Below are positions 20,099 through 30,291 of a DNA stretch of 53,874 nucleotides, piece after piece. The first letter of the stretch is position 1. Every line of letters starts with the position of its first letter. The notes beneath the pieces are model-generated. The model had not been told where the DNA came from. It did no database searches and was given only the letters and a program-made list of their open reading frames with translations. Location: the NCBI GenBank assembly GCA_036479435.1, contig JAZGFI010000052.1, positions 1 through 53,874 of the forward strand, written 5' to 3'. Source of the stretch: Planctomycetota bacterium. GTDB taxonomy: Bacteria; Planctomycetota; GCA-002687715; DRQF01. Made by a program: the position numbers and the translations under genes.

Positions 20099-20108
20099 GG
20101 GGGGGGGG
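20099..20108. repeat. G10 homopolymer in a divergent intergenic region
   Basis: Ten consecutive G. Confidence 0.9.
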
Positions 20109-20250
20109 CCCTTATGATCCATCGATGTCGCGGTGTGGGACTGCCGATCTCCCCGCAGACGCGCCCCAACTGCTTGCAAAACCAAACCTCAGCCCGGCGT
20201 GGTCGTTGAACGATCTCGCCCTGGCCCTCCCTCAAGGAGCGACGCTTCAC

Positions 20251-22194
20251 ATGCAAACCTTCACCAGAGTCCTCGGTCTCTGCGCCCTACTGTCTTTGGC
20301 GCTGGCGGCCCCGGCCGCGGCCCAAAATGTTCCTGATGATTTCTCAGTTGAGAACGTCGTGACTTCCGGAGTGAGCCAGCCAACGGACATGGCCTTTTTG
20401 CCCGATGGTCGCGCGATCATCGCTCAGTACAACGGCGGTCTTCGTTTGTGGCGTCCGACCGTGGGCACCACGGCGACCATCATCGGCACCGTTTCCGGCC
20501 CCAGCATCGAGACCGGATCCGAACGCGGCATGCTTAGCATCGCCGTCGACCCCGATTTCATCAATAACGGTTTCATCTACACCTGGTCGGCACGCTTGAC
20601 GAGTTCTTCGATGTGGCTTTGCCGTCACACTCTTAGCGGCGACCTGAACAACGCTACCAGCTCGAACCTCACGCTCGGTCAGCAGTTCATCCTGTTCAAC
20701 GATGCGCCGGATAACGCCTTCAACCACAACGGTGGTACCGTGCGTTTCGGACCGGACGGCATGCTCTACCTTTCGATCGGTGACGACGCGGTGCAATGCA
20801 GCGCCCAAAACCGCACGATCTTGGCGGGCGGTCTTTATCGCATGGATATGTCGCAGCTTCCGGCGACGGGCACGGGCCCAGCCAATAAGGCCGACCTCAA
20901 CCCCGGTGACAATCCCTTCAGCACTTCGGCCAACTTGAACGAAGCCCTGCTCATCGCCTGGGGACTTCGCAACCCCTTCAGCTTCAACGTCGATCCCGTT
21001 ACCGGCGACATGTTCATCGCCGATGTCGGCCAGAACGCCCGCGAAGAGCTCGACTGGTTCCCCCGCAACTTGGGCGGCACCATCACGGCGCTCAACTACG
21101 GCTGGCCCCTGCGGGAAGGCATTGCTGGCTTTTCGAGTTGCCCCGGTGTGGCCACCACCGGCTTGACCAATCCCATCGATGACTACTCGCAATCCTCGGG
21201 CGGCTTTTCGATCATGTCCGCTGGCGTTTATCGCAACCTCGGGCAAGCGAACGACTGGGGTATGGACTACGAATTCAATGTCTTCCACAACGACTACTTC
21301 AACGGCACCATCGAACGCCTTGAGTTCGACGGTACTTCCTGGTCGAACGCCCCTTCGGTGTCCGGCCAGCCCAGTGCGGCTTACTGGGGAACCGGTTTTG
21401 CCAATTGCGTTCACTTCGAACTCGGCCCCGACGGGTCGATGTACTTCTGCAACCGCACCGCCAACCGCATCTCGCGGATCAAGACGGATGGCCCGGTCAA
21501 CGGTATCGTGGTCATCAGTGGTGACGACCAAGTTGGAGTCAGCGAAGAGACTTTCAAGCACCCGGTGGTGATTGAAGTTCAAACGCCGTCCGGCACCCCG
21601 ATTCCGGGAGCCCAGGTGACCTTGTCAGTTGTCGGCGGGACCCTCGCCGGCTCTGCCGTGGTGACGGCAGATGCTCAGGGCCGCGCAAGCGTCATGATCT
21701 CTGCGACCAACCCGGGCAGCGTGACCTTGACCGCCATCACTCCTGGTGGCAGTGCTGGTGGCACGCAGGTTGTTCTTTTTGCCCGCGGTATCGGTGTCAA
21801 CCACATCCGTTTCGCCGGAAGCCATGACCTGGTGATCGCTTCCTTCGTCAACACTTCGAATGGTACGGCTCCCGTGCCGATCTTGTTCGCGATGACGGAC
21901 GACTCGGTCCCGACGATCCCAACGGCATTTGGTCTGTTGACGGTCGACCTGCTCTCCATGGTTTCGACTATTGTCATCGAAGACCCGGAAGGCCTGTTTA
22001 ACGGCAGCAACATTCAGGGTGGTTTTGGCACGCCGAGCAATACCAACGTCTATAACCTCATCCCCTTGGGCCTGTTGTTCGGGCAGCTTCGCTTCCAGGC
22101 GATCTTCCGCGATGCCACGACCCCGACCTCGGTCTTGGGCCGTATCGACTCTGAACTCGCTCTGTCGAACACGGTCATCATCGACTTCGACTAA
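20251..22194 (+). CDS. Secreted PQQ-dependent sugar dehydrogenase (GSDH family) with Ig-like (Big-1) and C-terminal domains
   Basis: AAGGAG RBS; signal peptide; PTDMAFLPDGR, ERGMLSIAVDPDF, NHNGGTVRFGPDGMLYLSIGD, GLRNPF, DVGQNAREE, NYGWP; then SGDDQVG..PIPGAQV..TADAQGRASV. Confidence 0.85.
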   Translation: MQTFTRVLGLCALLSLALAAPAAAQNVPDDFSVENVVTSGVSQPTDMAFLPDGRAIIAQYNGGLRLWRPTVGTTATIIGTVSGPSIETGSERGMLSIAVDPDFINNGFIYTWSARLTSSSMWLCRHTLSGDLNNATSSNLTLGQQFILFNDAPDNAFNHNGGTVRFGPDGMLYLSIGDDAVQCSAQNRTILAGGLYRMDMSQLPATGTGPANKADLNPGDNPFSTSANLNEALLIAWGLRNPFSFNVDPVTGDMFIADVGQNAREELDWFPRNLGGTITALNYGWPLREGIAGFSSCPGVATTGLTNPIDDYSQSSGGFSIMSAGVYRNLGQANDWGMDYEFNVFHNDYFNGTIERLEFDGTSWSNAPSVSGQPSAAYWGTGFANCVHFELGPDGSMYFCNRTANRISRIKTDGPVNGIVVISGDDQVGVSEETFKHPVVIEVQTPSGTPIPGAQVTLSVVGGTLAGSAVVTADAQGRASVMISATNPGSVTLTAITPGGSAGGTQVVLFARGIGVNHIRFAGSHDLVIASFVNTSNGTAPVPILFAMTDDSVPTIPTAFGLLTVDLLSMVSTIVIEDPEGLFNGSNIQGGFGTPSNTNVYNLIPLGLLFGQLRFQAIFRDATTPTSVLGRIDSELALSNTVIIDFD

Positions 22195-22244
22195 AGTTAT
22201 CACCCGCCCCGCTGTTCTCAGAGGGGCCGGAAACTGACTCTGCC

Positions 22245-22280
22245 TAGGGGCGGGCTTCCCAACTGGGGAGCCCGCCCCTA
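22245..22280. terminator. GC-rich hairpin after the GSDH gene (terminator-like, no U-tract)
   Basis: TAGGGGCGGGCTTCCC-AACT-GGGGAGCCCGCCCCTA, 16-bp stem with one G-U pair. Confidence 0.6.
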
Positions 22281-22336
22281 CGCTATTCCAGTGCTGACCT
22301 TGTTTGTGTTCGATGAAATGATGCTTGGAGTTCTGC

Positions 22337-24214
22337 ATGTTTCGTTTCCTGATTGTCGCTGTCGCGTTCTTGGCAATTCTTCCCGCCTGCAGTAGCTCTT
22401 CGACCTTTGAAGGCGCCGACGATGAAGGCCGGGATCTTCACAGCTCCGCGCGCCCCAAAGAGGTTCGCTCGACCCATCTGGTGCTCGATCTCGAACTCGA
22501 CTTTGGGGCGCGCCGACTCAAGGGAACCGTGGTGCATCACCTGCAGCGGCGATACGGCGACTTGCTTCGGCTCGACGTCAAGGACCTGGACATTAGGGCC
22601 TGTCGTGCTGGACGTAGCGGCGCGATGCGTGAGATAGCCTGGCACATCGAAAAGGGCAGTGAGAGCGGTGGCGACTCCCTGATCATCGCACTTGAACCCG
22701 GTGACGACCGTGCGGCGGTTGACTACTTCACGACGGACGCCGGCAGCGGTTTGCAGTGGTTGCGACCCGAGCAGACAGCGGGCAAAAAAAAGCCCTTTTT
22801 GTTTTCCCAGTCGCAGGCGATTCACGCGCGGACTTGGATTCCCTGCCAGGACTCCCCGGGGATTCGCGTCACCTACGAGGCTCATGTCAAAACGCCGGGA
22901 GATCTTGTCGCCGTCATGAGCGCCGAGAAGACGGGTGGCAATCAGCCCGCTTTAGAGCACCACTTCCACATGCCCCAGGCCATTCCGACCTACCTCATTG
23001 CCTTGGCCGTCGGCGATCTTCAGTTTCGCGAGATGAGCGAGCGTACTGGAGTTTGGGCTGAGCCCTCGGTGGTTGAGAAGGCGGCTTGGGAATTCGCCGA
23101 CACCGAGAAAATGATGACCACCGTCGAGAAGCTCTACGGACCCTATCGCTGGGGTCGCTACGACATCCTCGTCTTGCCACCGAGTTTTCCCTTCGGCGGC
23201 ATGGAGAATCCGCGCCTGACTTTTGCGACCCCTACCATCCTCGCTGGCGATCGCTCCTTGGTGTCGTTGGTGGCGCATGAGCTCGCACACAGTTGGTCGG
23301 GGAATCTCGTGACCAATGCCACTCACCGTGACTTTTGGCTCAACGAGGGCTTCACCGTCTATCTTGAGCAGAGAATCATGGAAGCGGTCTACGGCCGCGA
23401 ACGCTACGCGATGGAGGTCACTTTAGGCCTACGCGGCTTAGAGGAAGAAATGGCCGAGATGGATGCGCGCGACCAGATTCTCCACGTCGATCTTGCCGGC
23501 CGCGATCCCGACGACGGCTTCACCTCGGTGCCTTACGACAAGGGCGCGGCTCTGTTGCGACGCCTAGAACAGGTTTTTGGCCGCGACCCCTTCGACGCTT
23601 TTCTGCGGCGTTACTTCGACCACTTTTCCTTCCGCAGCATCACGACGGCAACCTTTCGCAGTTTTCTCGAGAAAAACCTGCTCGCGAGCAATCCCGAAGC
23701 TGCGGCCAAAGTCGACTTGGACGAATGGATCGAAGGCTCGGGTCTACCCGACGATCTGCCGCGCGAAGCGAGTGAAGCCTTCAAAGAGATCGATCAGGCC
23801 ATCATGGAATGGGATGCGGGGCGTTTGCAACTCGGCTCCACCGGGCATGCTTCCTGGACGACGCAAGAGTGGCTGCACTTCATCGCTTCCCTTGGCGAAC
23901 GACGCCCGGTGGCGAAACTTAGCGAGATTGATCGCGCTTACCGGCTCACGGCATCCGGCAATTCTGAGATCACCGCCGCGTGGCTTAAGCTTTCCATTAC
24001 GAGCGGCTATACCCCGGCGTTTGAAAAAACGGCCCACTTTTTGACCTCGCAGGGCAGGCGCAAGTTTCTAACTCCGCTCTACAAAGCCCTCATGCAAACC
24101 CCGGCCGGGAAAAAACGTGCAATGGAAATTTACCGCCGGGCCCGGCCGACTTATCACGCGATCTCGGTACGAACAATTGATGAGGTTTTGGGTTGGACTG
24201 AGGCCGGTTCTTGA
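22337..24214 (+). CDS. M1 aminopeptidase (leukotriene A4 hydrolase-like), lipoprotein
   Basis: Lipobox LPAC; GGMENP, HELAH..(18)..E (WLNEG), YDKG, GRRKF..PLY. Confidence 0.93.
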   Translation: MFRFLIVAVAFLAILPACSSSSTFEGADDEGRDLHSSARPKEVRSTHLVLDLELDFGARRLKGTVVHHLQRRYGDLLRLDVKDLDIRACRAGRSGAMREIAWHIEKGSESGGDSLIIALEPGDDRAAVDYFTTDAGSGLQWLRPEQTAGKKKPFLFSQSQAIHARTWIPCQDSPGIRVTYEAHVKTPGDLVAVMSAEKTGGNQPALEHHFHMPQAIPTYLIALAVGDLQFREMSERTGVWAEPSVVEKAAWEFADTEKMMTTVEKLYGPYRWGRYDILVLPPSFPFGGMENPRLTFATPTILAGDRSLVSLVAHELAHSWSGNLVTNATHRDFWLNEGFTVYLEQRIMEAVYGRERYAMEVTLGLRGLEEEMAEMDARDQILHVDLAGRDPDDGFTSVPYDKGAALLRRLEQVFGRDPFDAFLRRYFDHFSFRSITTATFRSFLEKNLLASNPEAAAKVDLDEWIEGSGLPDDLPREASEAFKEIDQAIMEWDAGRLQLGSTGHASWTTQEWLHFIASLGERRPVAKLSEIDRAYRLTASGNSEITAAWLKLSITSGYTPAFEKTAHFLTSQGRRKFLTPLYKALMQTPAGKKRAMEIYRRARPTYHAISVRTIDEVLGWTEAGS

Positions 24215-24290
24215 GCGAGGCTATGAATTGGAAATCCATCGACGTGGTGGGCCCGCTCGAACTGTGCCCCCAATCATTTGAGGTTTTTCA

Positions 24291-24902
24291 ATGAAGCCCA
24301 AATCTCGCATGAAAGCCTGCGATCGCCGCGCGCAGATTGTCGAGGTTGCACAGCGTTGTTTTGCCGAACACGGCTACGCCAACTCGACGACGGCGAAGAT
24401 CGCCACGATGGCCGAAGTCTCCGAGCCGATGCTCTATCGCCACTTTGACTGCAAACAAGATCTCTTCCACGAGATCTTGGAGAAGACGCTTCGCGAAGCG
24501 CGCGAGCATTTTGACGAGATCATTCCCAAAGAGGCGAATGGCGCCGAGAAGATCCTTTGTTTGGCTGAAGACTTCCCCCGCTATGCTCTCCAACAAAGCG
24601 GCCTCGTTCGCGTCATTGATTGCGCGGCGGTGAGCGCCGAGGATGACCGGACTCGCGGCCTTTTGCGCCACTACTACGAAGGCTACGTCTTGACGATTAC
24701 CAAGCTGGTCGAAGAGGGGCGCGCGGACGGAAGTATCCAGTTGCAAGTCGAGTCGGAGTCTTTGGCTTGGACTTTGACCATGAATGGTATTGGGTCCTGC
24801 CTGTTGAGACGCCTCAAGGCGGAGTTCCTCGATAGCGAAGTCTTTGCGCGCGACACGCGCGAGCTTGTCACGCGGCTTTTGGGCTACTGCCCCAAGTCGT
24901 AG
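24291..24902 (+). CDS. TetR/AcrR-family transcriptional regulator
   Basis: RRAQIVEVAQRCFAEHGYANSTTAKIATMAEVSEPMLYRHFDCKQDL HTH. Confidence 0.92.
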   Translation: MKPKSRMKACDRRAQIVEVAQRCFAEHGYANSTTAKIATMAEVSEPMLYRHFDCKQDLFHEILEKTLREAREHFDEIIPKEANGAEKILCLAEDFPRYALQQSGLVRVIDCAAVSAEDDRTRGLLRHYYEGYVLTITKLVEEGRADGSIQLQVESESLAWTLTMNGIGSCLLRRLKAEFLDSEVFARDTRELVTRLLGYCPKS

Positions 24903-27538
24903 AGGTGTCCGGCGCGGGGATGGTCTTCGAGCCGCCACAGCGACAAACGATCAAGGTCCACAGATCCCGAGATCAACTCGGCGCCCGTCGTGAGATGGAA
25001 GAAGACATCGGTCTCGCCGGGTACCGTCTTTTCGAATTCGCAATAAGAACGCCAAAGATCCCGGCCGAGGCGACAGCGCTCGGTCTTCCAGCCAACGAGG
25101 CGCTTGCGGTCTAGATCCTGCGAACTGATGACATCGAGTTTTCCCGAGGCAAAGGGGCTGTCCTTGCCGACGTGCGTGATGCCGAAGCGATAGCGACCGG
25201 GTCGAAGGCGCGGGAGCGGAATCCTCGCCAGCTCCTTGATGGGAGTTTTCGGCCTGCAGCGGAGAACCCGGATATCAGGTACTTCCAAACGCCCGCTCAA
25301 CGAAGCCTCAGCGCTGGGAAGCCCATACCAACTGAGTTTGAGATCGACTTGTGGCGACCAGTCGGCATCCACGATCTGAAGCTTGAGGTCTCGCGCGGCG
25401 CGATGGTTCGGCCAGTCGAAGTTGAGCTCTCGTTTTTCATTGGGGCCAAGCGTGAGCTTGAACCTGAACTTGTTGCCAAGCGGGCCGGTCTCGTCTCGCA
25501 AGGAAGCATAGAAGGCATGGTGCTCTTGGGGATCGATGTTGCGAACCCTGACCCTCAGTTGTGAACTCTTGCCGCCTGTCGCGAGGATTAGTTTCGGATC
25601 GCCATCGAGTTGAATCCAAGCCTGCTCGACCCAAAGTTCCGCACAGGCGACGGCGCTGCGATCCGCAATGTAGTTCTCCCAGTAAAGTCTGAGTTCGCCG
25701 TCTGCGGTCATCTCCCTCGGCAAGGGAAAGCGCAGTTCGCCAACGCCGTTCCACAGGCTGTGGGGCCCGTGGATCATGAAGCCGTCGCCGATGAGCACGC
25801 TCGCTGAGGGCCCGGGCACGTCGCCCGCCACATCGCTTCCGGGAGAGGGGTATCGCAAGCGGACCTGATAGCGCCGCGCGGGGTCGAGTTTGTCGACGTG
25901 ATAGGAGAGTTCGGTTTTGTCGATGACTTGAGGCGCGTGGCGAAAACTGTCCTCGGGACGAGCGAGGAGCTTGGCCCCGCGTTGCATAGAAAACCCTCCG
26001 ACGCCCGCCTGGTCGAACAAGCCATGGCCACAGTCAGCGTAGAGAGCGACGACTCCGCGGTCGAATTTCTCACTCGGCACGGAGTAACGGTTGGCGATGA
26101 CTACCGTGGTCGTAAAGACGGAAAAACCAGCGGTCCAAAGGCAAAAGGCAGCCAATACCCAGGCGGCGCGCCGGCCACAAAGTGCCAGGAATCCCAGGGC
26201 AAGGGCTATCGCGACCGGCAGGAGAACGGCGTAGAAGTAGCGCCCGTGGAGGTGGTAGTAGACTTGATTCGCCGCGATGATGGCCGCGCCAAGGAGCAAG
26301 ATTGCGGCCAAGCTCGCGAACAGTGGCAGTCTTGCGCCTGGGTCTAAGGTTGCAGTCTCTTGCGTCTTGCCGCCCAGGTCCTCAGCCGCAACGTTTGATT
26401 TCGCGAACAAGGCGAGGCATGAGCCGAGCGCCGCTCCGGCCAGCAAAGCCTGAGTGCCAAGATAGTAGATCGGGAGGCTTTTGATCTCGTCTTGGCCTAA
26501 GTCACAGAAGAAACTGGTGGCGGCATAGCTCAGAAAATCAAAGGCCGCGAGCGAGTTGGGTTCGAGGCGCAAAAGGTGCGGGGCATGCTCGGCATGGTGC
26601 GCAAGTGCCAAGATGCCGTCTTGTAGCTGCATCTGTCGCAGGTGCCACCAAGCCGCGATTAGTAGCGGCCCTGCGCACAAACCCAAGATCGCGACGGCCC
26701 GGCGCTTTTTGCTTGAGCCACCTTCGGGCATGGCCGCAAACAGAAAAAACAGCCCGGTGAACAGGGCGATGCCGATGGCGTGCAGCTTGATGAGAAACGC
26801 GAATCCCAGAAGTATGCTTAAGACGATGACGGTTTTTCGTTCAAAGAGCCGCTGTGATCGCCATGCTCTAAGCGTGGTCGCGGCGATCCAAGTCGAGACA
26901 AAAGTCGACCAGGGATCATTGCTAACGGTGGCGAAGTGAAAGGCAAAGTGGGGCGTCAACACCAGCGCCGCGGTCGCGAGCAGGGCGTATCCCGGTCGCT
27001 GCGGCAAAACCGCGCCGAGGCCGCGGTACAACAACAACAATGTCGCCAGACCCAGCATCAAAGACAGGAATCGCAATCCATAGCGCACGCGGTCTCGCAA
27101 CTCATAGCGCGCGACCGTCAGGGCATCGACGGGCTGTTCGCGCGCCACCTTTATCTGTTCATCGCTCAACAAGTTGAGGTCGCGGCGGCCGGGACGGAAT
27201 ACCGTGCGTCGTCCCGCAATGTCCCAGCCTATCTGGTCGCCGAAGACCCCGTCTCCCATTTTCTCGTCGATGACCGCGCCAATCCGAAGGCAGATCGCCA
27301 TCACCGCGTAAGCCGCCGGCGGGTGTTGGATTTGCCCGACTGATTCCGAACTCGGATCGGGGAGCCTTTGTTCGTAGGCCAGAAAACAGACGTAGTCGAG
27401 GTGATCGTTTTCATCCGCTCCGTAACCCAGCGGAAAAAGAACGAGGTTGGCGAGCCCGTTGACGAAGAAAAACGCCAGCAACAGGAATAGGCCGGTCCGA
27501 ATCACTGTTGCTTGTCGCGTCATGCCTTCATCGCTCAT
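24884..27538 (-). CDS. GT-C-type (PMT/DUF2142-like) membrane glycosyltransferase fused to extracellular beta domains
   Basis: ADENDHLDYV..LPDP..QHPPAAY, RFLSL, VSND, L.K, HGRYFY across many TM segments; about 400-aa soluble C-terminus. Confidence 0.65.
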   Translation of the reverse strand: MSDEGMTRQATVIRTGLFLLLAFFFVNGLANLVLFPLGYGADENDHLDYVCFLAYEQRLPDPSSESVGQIQHPPAAYAVMAICLRIGAVIDEKMGDGVFGDQIGWDIAGRRTVFRPGRRDLNLLSDEQIKVAREQPVDALTVARYELRDRVRYGLRFLSLMLGLATLLLLYRGLGAVLPQRPGYALLATAALVLTPHFAFHFATVSNDPWSTFVSTWIAATTLRAWRSQRLFERKTVIVLSILLGFAFLIKLHAIGIALFTGLFFLFAAMPEGGSSKKRRAVAILGLCAGPLLIAAWWHLRQMQLQDGILALAHHAEHAPHLLRLEPNSLAAFDFLSYAATSFFCDLGQDEIKSLPIYYLGTQALLAGAALGSCLALFAKSNVAAEDLGGKTQETATLDPGARLPLFASLAAILLLGAAIIAANQVYYHLHGRYFYAVLLPVAIALALGFLALCGRRAAWVLAAFCLWTAGFSVFTTTVVIANRYSVPSEKFDRGVVALYADCGHGLFDQAGVGGFSMQRGAKLLARPEDSFRHAPQVIDKTELSYHVDKLDPARRYQVRLRYPSPGSDVAGDVPGPSASVLIGDGFMIHGPHSLWNGVGELRFPLPREMTADGELRLYWENYIADRSAVACAELWVEQAWIQLDGDPKLILATGGKSSQLRVRVRNIDPQEHHAFYASLRDETGPLGNKFRFKLTLGPNEKRELNFDWPNHRAARDLKLQIVDADWSPQVDLKLSWYGLPSAEASLSGRLEVPDIRVLRCRPKTPIKELARIPLPRLRPGRYRFGITHVGKDSPFASGKLDVISSQDLDRKRLVGWKTERCRLGRDLWRSYCEFEKTVPGETDVFFHLTTGAELISGSVDLDRLSLWRLEDHPRAGHLYDLGQ

Positions 27539-27653
27539 TCGATAGGTCGAGAAAGTCCCAAGGGCATCCTATCTGATTGCCGGGGTATTGCTGATAGGAT
27601 GCGTCGACAGTTCAGGCGCGGCAAGATACCGCGAGAAAACGAGGAGGCCGGTT

Positions 27654-28838
27654 TTGGATATCTACGAAGAATCCCTCGAGATGCACCGCCAACAACGCGG
27701 CAAGCTCGAAGTGAGATCGCGAGTACGCCTTGAGTCTCAGCATGATTTGAGCTTGGCTTATACTCCGGGCGTGGCGCGGCCCTGCGAGGTCATTGCCGCC
27801 GATCCTGGGGCAGCCTGGGATTTGACCTGGAAGGGGCGCTGCGTTGCCGTCGTCTCCGATGGCTCAGCGGTCTTGGGCCTGGGCGACATTGGCCCAGAAG
27901 CAGCCCTTCCGGTTATGGAAGGCAAAGCGACCTTGTTTCGCGAGTTCGCCGGAATCGACGCGATTCCCATCGTCTTGGCGACCCACGACGTCGACGAGAT
28001 CGTCAAGTTCGTCACCCTGATGGCTCCGACCTTTGGCGGTATCAACCTCGAGGATATATCGGCGCCCCGTTGTTTTGCTGTCGAGCGCGCTCTGCAAGAT
28101 ATCGGCATTCCTGTGCTTCATGACGACCAGCACGGCACGGCCATTGTGTTGCTTGCGGCGATGATGAATGCGGCCCGCGTCCAGCAACGTGGCCTCAGCG
28201 ACCTGAAGGTGGTGATTAGCGGAGCGGGGGCCGCGGGTCGGGCCATCGCTCGCTTGTTGCTCTGCGAAGAGCAAGACGATCGCTGCGTCCCGGTGGGGCA
28301 GGTTCGCGTGTGCGATTCAAAGGGCATCATCTATCCCGGGCGCAACGGCAACTCCGAGCTGAAAGAAGACATGGGCCGGCTCTCAAACCCCGAATCCGAA
28401 AAAGGCGATCTGCAACAAGCGCTCAAAGGTGCCGACGTCTTCATCGGCGTGAGTCGTGGCGGGATCTTGAAGCAGGCGGACATCGAAACCATGGCCGACG
28501 ACTGCATCGTGTTCGCGATGGCCAACCCCATTCCAGAGATCATGCCCGACGAGGCCTTGGCCGGAGGGGCCGCGATCGTCGGCACCGGCCGCAGTGATTT
28601 TCCCAACCAGGTCAACAACGTGCTGGCTTTTCCCGGCCTCTTTCGTGGAGCTTTGGAAGCGCGAGCCAAAAAGTTCACGAACTCGATGCTCTTCGCCGCG
28701 ATCGACGCCATCGTTCAATCCGTCGAAGAACCAACTCCGCGACGCATCCTGCCCAGTCCCTTCGATCGCAACGTACCCGTTAAAGTCGCCCGCGCCGTCG
28801 CGGCCGCCGCCAAGGCCTCCGGCGTTTGCCACAGTTAG
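27654..28838 (+). CDS. NAD(P)-dependent malic enzyme (short form, no PTA domain)
   Basis: LSLAYTPGVA, SDGSAVLGLG, PVMEGKA, GGINLEDI, HDDQHGTA, GAGAAG, TGRSDFPNQVNNVLAFPG; TTG start after GAGGAGG. Confidence 0.93.
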   Translation: MDIYEESLEMHRQQRGKLEVRSRVRLESQHDLSLAYTPGVARPCEVIAADPGAAWDLTWKGRCVAVVSDGSAVLGLGDIGPEAALPVMEGKATLFREFAGIDAIPIVLATHDVDEIVKFVTLMAPTFGGINLEDISAPRCFAVERALQDIGIPVLHDDQHGTAIVLLAAMMNAARVQQRGLSDLKVVISGAGAAGRAIARLLLCEEQDDRCVPVGQVRVCDSKGIIYPGRNGNSELKEDMGRLSNPESEKGDLQQALKGADVFIGVSRGGILKQADIETMADDCIVFAMANPIPEIMPDEALAGGAAIVGTGRSDFPNQVNNVLAFPGLFRGALEARAKKFTNSMLFAAIDAIVQSVEEPTPRRILPSPFDRNVPVKVARAVAAAAKASGVCHS

Positions 28839-28999
28839 CTGACGAATAGCAGCAAGAAGTCGTGCTTTGGAATGTCGGTGGCTGACCGCTTTTGGCAAAG
28901 AGCGCGGCAGGGTACTCCCAATGAACTCGAGGCAGCCCGCAATGGACATGTTTTCGGCGGAACGTCTAGGTTGCACAGGTTATTTCAACGATAGGCGGA

Positions 29000-30109
29000 C
29001 TAAGTGTGAGGACTGAATTCGTGGTCCTCGTTTTCGAGGACCTCAAGTAGTCGCGTGTTCACGAAGAGCTTGTCTCTGCCCGAATTCTTTTCGCGCAGTA
29101 CACCCGCACTCGTGAGGTGCTGAAGATAGGTCGACGCCGTCTGACGCTTCGCGATTCCCGCGTTGACGAGGTGAGCGATGCGGCAGTACGGTTGTGTGAA
29201 CAGAATATCGATGAGTTCCTGTGAGTGGATCTTTGGGAGCACGTTCTTGACATGGCGCGACGTTGCCTCGATTAGATGACGGATCGCGGCAATCTTCTCC
29301 AGGGTCCATCGCGCCGTCTCTTCGACTCCGGTGAGCATGTAGAGGACCCAGGGCTCCCAGGCTGATGTGCGCGTGACGCCGAGGAGCAAAGTGTAGTACT
29401 CGGAACGGTGGCGAGTGATGTATCGGCTCAGGTAGAGGACTGGAAGCGTGAGTAGGCCACTCTCAACAAGGAACAAGGAGTTGAGAATGCGCCCGGTTCG
29501 TCCGTTGCCGTCGACAAAGGGGTGTATTGCCTCGAATTGGTAATGAGCGATTGCCATGCGAACCAGGGGGTCCGGCCCTTCGCGATCATGAAGAAAAGAC
29601 TCCCAGTTGCCCAGCAGCGTCCGCAGGTGTGACTCTCCCTCAGGCGGAGTGTAAATCACATTGCCCGTCATGGCATTGGCCAGGGTCGTTCCGGGCACCT
29701 TGCGCACTCGTAATTCGGCGTCTTTGACGCGACTGCAGACTAGTTCGGCCGTCGTCGTGCACAAAGGGCGCTGGCGGAGGCTTCGGTAGCCTTCCATGAG
29801 AGCGAGGCGGTGTCGAAGAGCCTCCTTTGTTGCCGTGTCCGCCGAGCTGTTGTCGTCTAAGTACTGGAACATGCGATCTGTCGTCGTGACGATGTTCTCT
29901 ATTTCGCTGCTGGCACGCGCCTCGAGGAGGGGGAGGATGTTGACGAGCATGCCCTGGTTCGGAATCAGCTCACAGGCAAGCTTGAGCTCACCGAGCAAAG
30001 CACGAGCTTCGATGCATCGTCGTAGGACAGCTTTGCTTTCGACATCTGTTGCTGGCGGGAGGAGCGGCAGCTGGTCATAGGGGCGATCCGCGGCCCAGTC
30101 GGACGTCAT
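29000..30109 (-). CDS. fic: Fic-family protein adenylyltransferase (class II, Fic/DOC N-terminal domain, C-terminal winged helix)
   Basis: Active motif HPFVDGNGRTGR; inhibitory SSEIEN in the N-terminal part; C-terminal IAKRQTASTYL. Start 30109 or 30136. Confidence 0.92.
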   Translation of the reverse strand: MTSDWAADRPYDQLPLLPPATDVESKAVLRRCIEARALLGELKLACELIPNQGMLVNILPLLEARASSEIENIVTTTDRMFQYLDDNSSADTATKEALRHRLALMEGYRSLRQRPLCTTTAELVCSRVKDAELRVRKVPGTTLANAMTGNVIYTPPEGESHLRTLLGNWESFLHDREGPDPLVRMAIAHYQFEAIHPFVDGNGRTGRILNSLFLVESGLLTLPVLYLSRYITRHRSEYYTLLLGVTRTSAWEPWVLYMLTGVEETARWTLEKIAAIRHLIEATSRHVKNVLPKIHSQELIDILFTQPYCRIAHLVNAGIAKRQTASTYLQHLTSAGVLREKNSGRDKLFVNTRLLEVLENEDHEFSPHT

Positions 30110-30160
30110 GTTGATATTCTCTTGATCTTTCGACATGTCCTTGAGGATAGAGTGACGTCG

Positions 30161-30185
30161 TCGACATATCCAGATGATATGTCGA
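30161..30185. promoter_or_regulatory. Inverted repeat upstream of fic (putative operator)
   Basis: TCGACATATC-N5-GATATGTCGA perfect 10-bp arms; related half-site TCGACATGTC at 30130-30139. Confidence 0.55.
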
Positions 30186-30291
30186 AAATTACAATAAAAT
30201 TAAACATATTGGGGCGAATGGGTGATTGCGGCTCCTTGGCACCTAAAACGTGGTCGAAGCCGAATTCGGACTTTGACAGGCCAGGAGCCGC

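Noticed and set aside
3725..21582. Long antisense ORFs (e.g. 3725..4696, 7049..7873, 8107..9099, 13151..14011, 20344..21582)
   Set aside because: Shadows of well-supported genes in GC-rich DNA, with no recognisable motifs.
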